Assembly: GCF_018350175.1 (NCBI RefSeq) | Contig: NC_058377.1 | Span: 9,982,001-10,046,000, forward strand | Direction of reading: 5' to 3' | Length of the DNA stretch: 64,000 bases | From: Felis catus | Lineage: Eukaryota | Shown here: one piece after another, positions 11,900 through 22,926 of the stretch | Layout: each line of letters begins with the position of its first letter | Position numbering within the stretch: the stretch's first letter is position 1 | The notes under the pieces: generated by a model | Seen by the model: only the letters and a program-made list of their open reading frames with translations | Told to the model about the DNA's origin: nothing | The model's database searches: none | Position numbers and translations under genes: made by a program

Positions 11900-12680
11900 T
11901 ATGCTGTCGGCTCCGTTAATGCAGTCCTAACCCGCAGTGCCCCGGGAGAGACGGCTGCAGGTGCTGGAGGTTGCGGGGCCCACACTTTAGAGCAAGGGGT
12001 TAGGGCTTTGGGGGCAATGAAGGAGACTGTGAGACACAGCCAACAAAGGTATGCTCTTCGCTCTTGCCAACGTCTCCCACAGAGGCTCTGCCAACTCAAA
12101 CACCACGACGCCAGCCCACTGTGGGCCTGGGCCAGCAAACAGCCTTGAAGCGGCACTCCAGGCTTTCTTCCCGAGCAAAATGGGACCCGTGGTGGGGGAC
12201 CCGAGGCGGCGCGAAGACCGGACGTGACCCGTCCAGGAAGAGCAGAAGGACCTGGGGGAAAAAGCAGCCTGGCCGCACCCGCGCCGCCAGGGGAGACCCT
12301 CCCGAGGACTGCCCTGCCGCCACGCCCCCGCCACTCCCGCACACCTACTCGGTCCGTGGCTCCGCGCCGCTCGCCTCCCGGCTGCACAGCAGCTCCCGCA
12401 GCTTGTCGGCGGCCGAAACCGTGTCCCCGCCGCTGCCCCCGCTCCCCTTCAGGCGCTGACGAGCCCCTCGGCTCGCCATGGCACGGGTGAAAAAGGTAGA
12501 ATTCGGCTCCCTACCAAAGTGGCGAGCGCGCAGACATAGCTTTGGCTGGCAACGGTGTCCGCCGAGGGACAAAAGTCCTTGACATGCGCAGAAAAGACTG
12601 AATTGTAGCGTTATTGGGCCAATTGGGGCAAATCCTAAGTAGAAAAGAAACGAGAACTGCGACTTGACTTTCACAACCGT
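11900..12680 (-). promoter_or_regulatory. ALG9 CpG island/promoter with clustered CCAAT boxes (12613-12626)
   Basis: High CpG density around exon 1; ATTGGGCCAATTGG about 135 nt upstream of the ATG. Confidence 0.7.
12349..12479 (-). CDS. ALG9: ALG9 alpha-1,2-mannosyltransferase, coding exon 1
   Basis: gccATGG start at 12479; MASRGARQRLKGSGGSGGDTVSAADKLRELLCSREASGAEPRTE; donor GA|GTAGGT, phase 2; in a CpG island. Confidence 0.95.
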
Positions 12681-13937
12681 AGCTATCCCTTCAATATGTT
12701 TCTAACTGTGGCTATTCCTCCCCACTCCCCGCCTTCCTTCACTTTTCAGCACGAATGGAAAGTAACCAAACAACTCTACAGAGCACGCAGAGCTATTTAT
12801 TCAGTTAAAGATAACAGGGCAGCTGCAGATGAAAGGGGAGGTCATTAAAAGGTCGCGGACACCTTGCCCTTCTTCTATTTTGGTGACATCGATAGAGACA
12901 ACCTGTAGCTAATTATCTGCTCCATAGAGACGAAGCCGTAATGGCAGAATGTAAAGAAAAATGAAAGCCCAAAGAAATTCTGTGCCACAAATGCAACGAG
13001 ACAGGCACTGCCATTGCTACCACAGCAATTCGGTAAGCATTTTACACATTTCACCCATTTCCAATATAATAAAACAATCTTGCTCTTATCAATAAGTAAA
13101 TTATAGTAAGTAAATTGACGCCCAAGTTTGCATAGCTAGGAAATGGTGGAACCATATTCCAACCCACGTCTGCCTTATTACAAAGCCCATACTATTCCCA
13201 CCAGGATGAGGTGAAAGCTCCTGATGTCAACAGATGAGAGCACACCTGTGACTCCCAGGGGTTATTCATCTGTTCCTGATACCCTGCCCACAGAGTTCTA
13301 TCCCGTCCTGTGGACCTCTGTACCAGTAGCAGAAATGGGCCTTACAAGAAATGTTAAAGGGACTTCTGTAAGTGGAGGGTAAAAGCCACTTTTGAAGTAT
13401 GACAATTATGAAAGGAAAAAATTTCATGAGTAAACGCAAATACAGCAAAGGCGGTAATCACTTATAAAGCTAGTATGAAGGCTGAAAGACTAAAGTAGTA
13501 AAGTGAATTATATCTAAAAAAAATTAGGGAGACTCAAGATAAAAGGCTGTAAAATATGCCAGTGTATACATAAAACGTGCAGGGAGAGTAAAAATTAAGC
13601 TCTTTTAGGTCTTTAAACTTAAATGACCATCAAGTTAATATACTTTGCTGTATACTAAGGATGTTAGATAGAGGGAGTGCTGAACTTGACAGGGTCCCAG
13701 GTTATTATTTAATACTAAAATTATTGACAATGGCGATTGATCATAGTGCTCAATTCCCACAGGCAAGTATTAGGTACCAAGTTCGGTCACCGCAGCCTAG
13801 TTGTATCTCCTACAGAGACCTCCCCTCATTTCACTCCAGTGCAGGTCCCTCCCTGCCCCTACCTAGGAGTGCTACAATAGCATCCTAACAGGGGTCTCCT
13901 ATTTCAAATTGATCCTATACAACACTGTCTGGTTAAC

Positions 13938-14150
13938 TTTTTTCAAAGATTTTAATGTTTATGTTTGAGAGATAGAGGCAGAGCACAAGCTGGGGAGGGG
14001 AAGACAAAGAGGGAGACACAGAATCTGAAGCAGGCTCCTGGCTCTGAGCCATGTGCACAGAACCCGAGATGGGGCTTGAACTCAAGAACCGTGAGATCAT
14101 GACCTGAGCTCAAGTCAGACGCTTAACCAAATGAGCCACCCAGGCGCCCC
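13938..14150 (-). mobile_element. Can-SINE
   Basis: Head at 14150, GA-rich body. Confidence 0.9.
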
Positions 14151-16000
14151 TATCCAATCAATTTTCAAATGCACTATTCTGTATTGCCTCCTTAATCAAA
14201 AATTACCAGTTTTCCTATTGCCTGCCAAATGAAGTACACTTTATTCTAGCATTCATTTCTTACATCAACTAAATCCGGCCCTAACCTACTTTCCTGATCT
14301 AATCTCCCACTACTTCCCTATACACATTTACATTCCAACTAACTAGCCTGAAAAGTGCCCCAGATGCTTCCTTATCTGTACCTCTGCCTGGAATGCAAGT
14401 CCTCTGTGGGGAAATAGGATCTACTTACATAAATAGGTTAGAAAAACGCTTAGGGCATGAAAGCCACCACCACGGAGTGAAAACGCCTGAAGATAGCTAG
14501 TAAGATGTTGTAATGGGATCACGAGTAACTTGTTATATACTTGCAGGAAATTACATTCCACCTGACACCAATATACTATTATACTTTGATCACAAACTCC
14601 ACTTGCCCCCCAGACCCTTTGCTTCTTACACACACAAGTTAATCATTACTATCTGATTGTTTTCTTCACATTTACCACGTGTAAGATCTTGAGCGCTCAG
14701 TAAATACGGAGACAAAAGGCCTGTTTGGGAATCTTGTCTCCTCCTGGATGTTAGCCTCTCTTGTGTTCAATTCTGCATCCACTCTCTTGCTGGACAAAAG
14801 AGAACTCCAAACTCATAGTCTGTGACAGTCCTCCTTGCCTAACAGTCCTCCTGTCACATCGCTACTCTTGTTTTAAGATCCAGCTCAAATGCTACCTTGT
14901 CCATGTACTAGGCACCATTGGGGATAGAAGCAAGCTATAAATCACATTACCTGCCCTCTATTCATTTATAGTGTATGTAGAAAGCTAAGCAATAAATGTA
15001 TCCATAAGAGATCTTTGTTCTTTACCCCACTCCCCAAACTGTTATGCCAGTTTTCCCATCCCCGTTAATGATACTTCTGTTCTTCCAGATCAAAAACCAT
15101 AGTCAGTCCTGCTTGATTCCTGTTTCTTCAGCCCCACACCCTTCACCCATGCACATGTAGTTCATCAGCAAATACTTTTAAATATTACTCAACCCAACAA
15201 CGTCTTACCATCCTGGTCCAGGTCACCATTATCTCTGGTTGTGTTACTGTAATAACCTCCTAATATGTTTCTTGGCTTCCATTCTTGCCTTCCCACATGT
15301 TTTTCTCCAAATACAAGAATAAGACAGTTATTTCCTACTGAGTTTACAATATAAGTCCAATCTGTGGAGACTATTCATTAACAGGAACATCCATTAATTA
15401 ATATTAGAGTATGCTATCATTCTGTAGAGTCCTGGGCTGAACCAATGAGCTGAACCAATCTCCCAGTGTCTCTTAGAGATGCTTGTAACAGAAGCCTCCA
15501 AAATATAGGAGGACTAAGTTTACAGTTGAGAGGCTACTAATGAAGAAGACTAGTTTGGAAGAAATAACAATGGCAGAAGGAAAATGGGCTTTAGAGTCAG
15601 ACCCAAGTGTGAACTCTAGTTAATCTGACATTAACCAGTTCCATGACTTCAACAGTAGTCAACCATGGAATAAATATTGTAATAATACCAATACTAATTA
15701 TGGAGCCTTTCAACTTACCCAAGCTAATAAATGTTGGTCTGACTCCAAAAACCACTCTAGTAAGTTGATGTAATGATGTAATACAATAGGGTTAAAGGAA
15801 GAGGAATTAGCAGTGTGGAAAATACAAATATAAGACACTCAAATTCTACTGCATCTTCAGCAACAGAGCATCTAAAGTACAAGACAGTTTTGTTGTATTT
15901 GTTTTCCTAGTCATTTTTCAGCATCAAAATACTGTAAACTCCAAAGGTCACCAGTCACATTATAGTCTGTTAAGTTTAAGTGACAGAGCCACAAGTTTCT

Positions 16001-16217
16001 TTTTTACTTTTTAATATTTTTAATTTCTTTTTATTTTAGCGAGACAGAGGGCATGAGCAGGGGACAGGGGCAGAAGGAGAGAGAGACTCTTAAGCAGACT
16101 CCATGCTCCATGCAGAGCCTGACACAGGGCTCGATCCCATGACCCTGGGATCATGACCTGAGCCAAAATCAAGAGTTGGATACTCAACACTCAACCCACT
16201 GAGCCACCCAGGTGCCC
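16001..16217 (-). mobile_element. Can-SINE just downstream of the FDXACB1 stop
   Basis: TSD GAGCCACAAGTTTCT at 15986-16000 and 16219-16233. Confidence 0.9.
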
Positions 16218-16390
16218 TGAGCCACAAGTTTCTCTAGAATCAACCAACACTGGCCAAAGTCACAAGGTTAAAGATTTTACAAAAAACACAGTTCAGAAAA
16301 GACTACTAGTTGTAACTTGGTCCTTTTCATTGGCATCTGCACCCATACCCACAGCCACGGGGATCACTCTGGAAAAATGAATTTACTAAA

Positions 16391-17573
16391 CTACCGAGGT
16401 ATTACATGTAGTCTTTGCTGAATCTCTTTCCTAAGCTGCGACTGCATTGATGACACCTGTTGCTGGGGGAGGGCTTTGTCACATGTCTGGTAAGTCAATC
16501 TATAGCAGAGACTGACCTGTTGAGTCTTTGGATGCTGAAAACGACTGAGGAACTGTATGGATATGACAGTGTCCCGGGACACTGCTCGGGCCACCGTGTG
16601 AAATTCTAGTTCATCAAATCCTTTCTTCTCGTCTAACCAAAAACTAATATCATGAACATAGCATGGAGGATACAGGCAATAGCTTTTAAAGGGTTCTATA
16701 CTCCCAGAGACAAAATTTTTCAGGAAACGGTGATCAAAGGTCCACAGCATCCTCCAGTCAGAGATGCCCCAGACAAGCATGGCTAGTAGGTCCAAGTTCA
16801 TAGACACAAACATAAAACACTGGTCTTTGTGCATAATGCCTGTAGCAGATGTGACAACAGACCCAATAATCAGAGCTTTGGCACAATCTGGGCCAAAATT
16901 AGGACGCTTCACATTAATAATATACCCTTTGCCATTTGGTTGAAAGACAAATTCCACTGAACTGCTCGGCTGAGAGCCCTCCAGCAATGTGTGGGTGAGA
17001 AGGCTATCAAGAAAACCCTTCAGGTGCTCCAGTAGTGACTGAAGACAACCATCCTTCAGATTTTTATTAAACCCGATGACAAATAAAGTCTCATGAAATG
17101 CTGGCATTGTGAAAGGCAAGATGCGGCACTTCCGAAAGACAGGTCCACTGAGGATGTGCAGGGAACCTGGGACAAAGTCTGGTGCTTGGATGACAGCCTG
17201 AACATGAACTAGGAGAGAAGGCCTAAGGCAGACCGTGGTTTGGCCATAGCTTTCTTCATGAGCTTCTTCCTTACTGTCGCTTCCAGGATCCTTGAGAAGG
17301 CTAAGTTCTGAAAATAGCGCCAGAAAGTCCTCCATGTCTTGTGTTGTCCCATCAGTCAGGGACTCAGAATTTGAGTCATCTTCACAGAGACTAATCCAAA
17401 AGGCAGCTGACAGAATGTCACCGTTCCAGGAAGTGAGAGCACTAGTGCTTCCCTGTGGCAGCAAAGGGAAGGGACACTTCAGCCTTTTTAGAGGGAACAC
17501 TTTGCCCAATTCCGCAATGAGTTTCTCATTAATGGTTCTGACAGGATGACATGAAGGTGCTTCTAGGAAACCT
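16391..17573 (-). CDS. FDXACB1: FDXACB1 coding exon 5 (PheRS-like core plus ferredoxin-fold anticodon-binding domain)
   Basis: aacag|A GGT; long ORF 16391-17587 ending YPPCYVHDISFW...SLCYRLTYQTCDKAL...LHVIPR*. Confidence 0.96.
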
Positions 17574-17952
17574 CTGTTTAAGCACACATAAAAATAACTT
17601 TTTAAACTTGAAACAATAAAGAGTTAGAATGGATCTAAAATTAAAAGCACAAATAGCACAGAAAAGAATTATCTTTAAGGTGATCCTGAAAGCAAATAAA
17701 AAAAAAACCATCTACCATAATAAATAGAGATGTCATGTGCTTCAGACCTCTGACAGCCATGATCCCAATGATATACCACAAAATGTGACAAATTTTAATT
17801 CTACAAAGGCTTGTGTAGGGCCAGACTGACAGGAATTCATAGCACCAACATCATTAACAATTTATATTGCATCCATTCAATATACGGTTGCCATCAAAGC
17901 AACGGAGATACAACTAGAGATAGAAGTAACTTCTGGTAAAACAGCAGGTTAC

Positions 17953-18111
17953 CTGTTCAACTTTCCTACAAGTGCTTCTGGTTCTGGAAAGGAAAACCAC
18001 CGGCCACCCACTTTGGTCCTGAAGATTCTGGGCTGTGAATCTTCAAAGGGTAAGCTCCGGGTGAAGATATGGTTCAAAGCACCTTCTACATGAAAGGACT
18101 TATCTTGACTC
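17953..18111 (-). CDS. FDXACB1: FDXACB1 coding exon 4
   Basis: ttttgccag|G AGT; SQDKSFHVEGALNHIFTRSLPFEDSQPRIFRTKVGGRWFSFPEPEALVGKLN; donor AG|GTAACC. Confidence 0.94.
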
Positions 18112-18194
18112 CTGGCAAAAACAGTCACCAAGTATGGAGTCAGTGAGTCTTTTCTCTTTCTTTCTCTTCTTTCTTTCTTATTTATTTATTGCCA

Positions 18195-18417
18195 TTTTTT
18201 TAAAATTTTTTTTTCAACGTTTATTTATTTTTGGGACAGAGAGAGACAGAGCATGAACAGGGGAGGGGCAGAGAGAGAGGGAGACACAGAATCGGAAACA
18301 GGCTCCAGGCTCTGAACCATCAGCCCAGAGCCCGACGCGGGGCTCGAACTCACCGACCGCGAGATCGTGACCTGGCTGAAGTCGGACGCTTAACCGACTG
18401 CGCTACCCAGGCGCCCC
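18195..18417 (-). mobile_element. Young SINEC_Fc-type Can-SINE in FDXACB1 intron 3
   Basis: TSD TATTGCCATTTTTT on both sides. Confidence 0.93.
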
Positions 18418-18550
18418 TATTGCCATTTTTTAAAAAGCAAGTATCTCTAAGGACCACAGCAGGAAATTGGTAGGGGAAAGTCTGCCTATGAGATTTTTTT
18501 CATTATTAGTGAAAGAAATGAAAAAGGCTCAGACCTCTGTTATTACTTAC

Positions 18551-18754
18551 CTATATCCAGTGCACTTGTACCCTGGCACAGCCTCACAGCTGAAGGGATG
18601 CACGTCACTTAAAATGAATCCCCCCAGAGCTGCCATGGCAACTACTTGCCAACTGTTATGCCATTCTCTTGTGGGCTTATCAGCAGGAGTCCCACCTTGT
18701 CCTCTACACAATGCCACATAGACTTCTCCTTCCGGTGCGAGAACATCTTTACAG
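18551..18754 (-). CDS. FDXACB1: FDXACB1 coding exon 3
   Basis: ttag|C TGT; CKDVLAPEGEVYVALCRGQGGTPADKPTREWHNSWQVVAMAALGGFILSDVHPFSCEAVPGYKCTGY; donor AG|GTAAGT. Confidence 0.94.
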
Positions 18755-19682
18755 CTAACGGGGAGGAGGACACCAGCATTTTATCAAAACCAGTTGAAAT
18801 TACCATAGGAAATAAGCTGTATACACATGGTTTGGCTGTGAAATAATTAAAATCCTATCATATCTATTTACAAAGGTCCACAGACTTCAAACCTGCAAAG
18901 GAAGCAGCTGGAAGTAAGAATGTAAAATCAATGTTCAACTCATAACTGATACTCGTGGCTGACCAGGGTATTATCTGGCTTTGTATCTGCAGTGTTCATC
19001 ATAAACAGGTCATAGAAAGGTCAATATCTGCAAAGTTCCTATACACGATTCATTTCCCAGTTTAGAGAGTTGTTCTTGTAAATTCACTTCCCTTCCTATT
19101 AAAATTCTATACTTCAAATACTAACTTGAAATCTTGGCTCTGTGAAAAGTTTCTTGACAACTGTGACCTCCCCCCACCCCCAGAGACCTCCAATAGTATC
19201 ACATGTTTGGGTAGAATAGTGTAAAGCACAGTTTTTAGTTCACGATAATTTGAGGTCGTTACCATTAATATCCTATCCTGTTTATGGATGAAGAGGCACA
19301 AGTATGTAAGGATCAAGTAAGCTTACCCCAAATCACACAATTACTAAGTGGTGGGTGGGGATTTGAATCCAGGCAGTTTGGCTCCTAAACCCATGCTTTT
19401 AGCCATTACATTATACTGGCTACCGTTATTTTGCATTATCCAAAATAGGTGATCCTCCCCTTACAAGCCCAACTACTATTTGTACTTTTATATAACTTTT
19501 AGGGTTATATGCCTGCCCTTCCAACTAGATTGTGGATTCCTTTGGAGCTTTATTTTCTCTCTAAACCCATCATAGTAACTTACACACGTATGCCTTATTT
19601 CCCAAACTAAAATGTTTCCAGTGCAGTAACTATGTAATGTACATCTTCAACATGTTACTTGTGAGCGCTCTCATTTCCTCAC

Positions 19683-19839
19683 CTCTGGAAAAACTTGGCA
19701 AGCAGTTCCCTGTTCTTAGCAACTCCAGCTTTGCGTCCACAGTGCGGAAAATTAAAATAAATCCGATCAAACTCCCTGTGGTGCAGTTCAAAGGCATCTG
19801 CCAGCTGGGTGCAGTCCACACCAAAACGCACCTCAGTAC
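19683..19839 (-). CDS. FDXACB1: FDXACB1 coding exon 2
   Basis: ccag|GT ACT; TEVRFGVDCTQLADAFELHHREFDRIYFNFPHCGRKAGVAKNRELLAKFFQ; donor AG|GTGAGG. Confidence 0.95.
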
Positions 19840-19899
19840 CTGGCACGAAATACAGACAGGAAGATGTCTCAAGGCCTGAATCCCTCCCTAACGTGAACC

Positions 19900-20700
19900 G
19901 TACAAAACAACCCAGGTGGAAACCCACAGCCTGCTTTTAGGTAACCGGACGCTCAAATGCAATTAAACGCCCCGCCCATTCCACTTCTGGCCCGGCCGGC
20001 AGCGGGGCGGGGCTTCGCGGAGGGGTTTGCTTCGCTACCTCGCTCGCGCAGGCGCTGCAGATTCTCCTGGGCCACCGGATCTCCGGCCAAGTCGGCCGGG
20101 CGCTGGAGGCAGGTGGCGGTTACACTGGTGCTGTCATCCAGGGTCTCGCTCAGGGCCGCGGCGAAGGAGAAATTCCCCTCCCCAACCAACAGGAGGCGCC
20201 GAGGGGCCATGGCCTTAACGTGCTCCCCTCTCGCGTCCTCCGAGGCGCCAGTTTCTCACGTCACTTCCTGTGGGGGGGGGGGGTGGTCTCTGGCGGGCCA
20301 CCTCTTTTTGCGTCGCTGATTGATGATGCGCCGGCAGCGTCTAGTGTTGACAAAATGGTACAGCGACTGGGAGGGAGGGAGATGAAATAGCTATGAGCGC
20401 AAAAGTTAGACACGGACCACCCTGTCTCCTCATTCCGCACACCCTTAGGAGTGTCGCAATAAATGCCTTTTAGCCCGAGGCTGCCCTGAGCGACTTCGTC
20501 ACATCTGCATGAGGTCACAAGCAATCACTAGCGCAGAGGGGCAGGCCCGGGGCGAGGCGAGTTCGGAGTGAAAGAAGCGCGGCGGGGCTGAGGTCGAGAG
20601 GTTGGGCTGTGTCCTGCAGGTTACTGTCAACAGAGGGCTTTATAACAGCCTTCCACTCGTCCGAAATGGCTGCTGCTCACTCTCTCTGCTGCTCGGGATT
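19900..20700. promoter_or_regulatory. Bidirectional CpG-island promoter FDXACB1/CFAP68 with overlapping ETS-CRE motif (20255-20270)
   Basis: Divergent ATGs at 20210 (-) and 20666 (+); CAGGAAGTGACGTGAG on the minus strand; GC-rich. Confidence 0.75.
20039..20210 (-). CDS. FDXACB1: FDXACB1 coding exon 1
   Basis: gccATGG; MAPRRLLLVGEGNFSFAAALSE...LQRLRER; donor G|GTAGCG. Confidence 0.95.
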
Positions 20701-20707
20701 TCTCCAG
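20666..20707 (+). CDS. CFAP68: CFAP68 coding exon 1
   Basis: gaaATGG; MAAAHSLCCSGFLQ resembles the recalled human N-terminus; weak donor CAG|GTGCTT, phase 0. Confidence 0.75.
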
Positions 20708-20719
20708 GTGCTTCTATCT

Positions 20720-21510
20720 CCTACCTTTTTTTCATTCAAGAAATACTGAGTGGCTGTTACGTGCCAGACCTTGATGGAGGCTAAACACATGGGTGAATAA
20801 GGTGTGGCCTGTGATTTCACGGAGCTTGTAGTCTGGCGGAGACTGCACGGCAAAAGAGGCAATTCTCCTACAGCGGGAAGCGATGCTATGAGTGGAGTCA
20901 CAGAAGGTTTTAGAATCTTACCGAGTTCTGGGATGAAGTGGAAAGATACCCTAAAGGAAGTGAATTTGAGTTGAAAGCTAAGGGGGAAGTGCACCTGACC
21001 TGGATAAAGAGAAGTGAAGAGACAGAAGGAACAATATATGCAAAAGCGTGATAGAGAAACACATTAGATGAGTTTGGCTGAAATGTAGTTGGAGGGAGAG
21101 TGAGTTGTAGGTGAGACTGAAGCGTTAAGCAGGGGCCAGGTCATATAGAACATCGTAAGCCATTTTAACAGCCTGAATCTTATTCCGAAAACAGTGGCCA
21201 GCCACTGAAAGATTTTAAATAGGAAGAGGACACAATAAGACTTTGATTTTCACACATTCTTCGTTCCTTGGAGAAAGGATTGGAGAAGACCAAGGCTGAC
21301 GGCAAAGACATCAGATAGGCAACTATAGCAATAATGGTGACAAGAACTGGTAGTGATCTAAACTGGAACTTGGCAGTGGGGATGGAAGTGAACTGATTAA
21401 AAAATCAGTTAAGACTTAGGTGCTGAGTGGATGTAAGGGCTTGAAAGAGGAATCAGTCAAAGATAAGCCTCAGTTTTGGGGCCTAGACAACTGAGTGGAT
21501 GGTGATGCCT
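20720..21510 (+). mobile_element. Probable L2 remnant
   Basis: ttcattcaagaaatactgagtggct..., ggaagtgaatttgagttga, ggcagtggggatgga motifs. Confidence 0.5.
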
Positions 21511-22695
21511 GTCCTGATGGCCCCAAGGACAGTGTCACCTTGGTCTACCGTCTGAATACTAGGCTTGTCAGACTTTGTGGGACCAACTACTCTTTAGTCA
21601 CCATGCTGTTTGTTGACATCAGTGCATGCATCTATCTTCACAAAGGCACATAGTGTGAGGGCAACTACCTTCAAAGTTACAGTATTGGCTTTGCTCCTAC
21701 TTGTGGAAAGGTGGCTCAGTGGATTGTAACTCCAAAATCATGGCTTCCTGGCCATGGTGACTGGATGACCTACATTCTTTCGTTGCTTGGAGAAGGGGAA
21801 ATGCCGGGTTTGGTGATATCTCTTCCTTCAAAAAAATGGAAGAGCTGAATAAGATTTTCTATCACTGTCCTATGAAATCTTCAAACAACACAAGCCACTC
21901 AACATCAAAATGGTCTTCAGTGAAGGTACTGTCTTGACCCCAAGTCAAGGGACCACAGCCACCTTTTGGACCAAAATAAAAATGGCTAGGCTTTTGCTTC
22001 CTCACAAAAAATTGAAATTCAGATATTAGTCATCTGATATGTGCAAAGCACTGTTGACTGGGAGGGCAGGTGAAGGGAGAGGGTGTGATAATAAGATACA
22101 GGTCTTGTCCTCAAGGGATGTACACGGTTTAGCATAGGATATTCAACACAAATTTCAACACACATTTGAAGAACTCTAAAATACGGTAGAAAGTTAAAGA
22201 TATGAGGATATCATTGTGTGTGAAACAAAGGAGAGAGAAGTTAACTTGAGGAAAGACATCATGGAAGAAGTGGCATTTGGCCTGAGTCCAGAAAGAAGGA
22301 AGCTATCACTTACTGAACATTTGTTGTGTTACCTGGTTTTCTAACTCTCACTTCTGCCTGTTCTCTTTGACTATACCACTGTTCTCTGTCCTTAAACTCT
22401 TACATCTCAAAATCTCCTGAACATTTACCTACTTTTCCATATATATTGGGATACTGAAGGTTTTCCTCTTTTGAGGGTGCCATTCAATATACATAGCCCT
22501 CTGTTACTTTTGATTGAAAAGGTAGGTCAAAGGATTCATGGACCAGGAAGGAAAGAAACAGAACCACAACTAAATTGGGAGACCCAATTAGTAAGGTGTG
22601 CTTATGTTATGCTTGGCTGTAGGTGAGAAAGGGATGAATGCCTTTTCTGTGCCCTAGTTTATGCAACTATCTTTTCTGTTTTTGCCTTTTCCCAG

Positions 22696-22926
22696 AGACA
22701 AGCCCTTGCCTATTTCTTTGCAAACCCACACTATGGCAGCATCATTAATGCAGACGGTCATGCTGAAGTGTGGACAGATTGGAATAGTATGTCCAAGTTT
22801 TTCCAGTATGGATGGAGATGTACCACTAATGAGAATACCTATTCAAACCGTACCCTGATGGGCAACTGGAACCAGGAAAGATATGACCTAAGGAATATCG
22901 TGCAACCCAAACCTTTGCCTTCCCAG
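22696..22926 (+). CDS. CFAP68: CFAP68 coding exon 2
   Basis: ttttcccag|AGA; RQALAYFFANPHYGSIINADGHAEVWTDWNSMSKFFQYGWRCTTNENTYSNRTLMGNWNQERYDLRNIVQPKPLPSQ; donor GTAATC. Confidence 0.93.

Larger units (their letters stand above)
3083..12479 (-). other. ALG9: ALG9 gene span in window (coding exons 1-4; 3' part lies left of the window)
   Basis: Exons 12349-12479, 11152-11290, 10184-10318 and 3083-3153 splice in frame (131+139+135+71 nt) to MASRGARQRLKG...LSGNKAGQVWAPEGSTAFKCLLSARLCAALLSNISDCDETFNYWEPTHYLIYG...ILVFYFLRCLLAFVSCICELYFYK. Confidence 0.96.
16391..20210 (-). other. FDXACB1: FDXACB1 gene span (5 coding exons, 624 aa)
   Basis: 172+157+204+159+1183 = 1875 nt open frame with canonical GT/AG sites. 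Confidence 0.96.

Noticed and set aside
11863-12490. Long overlapping ORFs (174, 131, 115 aa) at the ALG9 5' end
   Set aside because: Stop-poor GC-rich CpG island; only the 131-nt exon 1 has splice and homology support
14821-14858. Small structure TGTGACAG...CTGTCACA with an internal ACAGTCCTCCT direct repeat
   Set aside because: Too short to distinguish from a local replication or repair scar; no functional context
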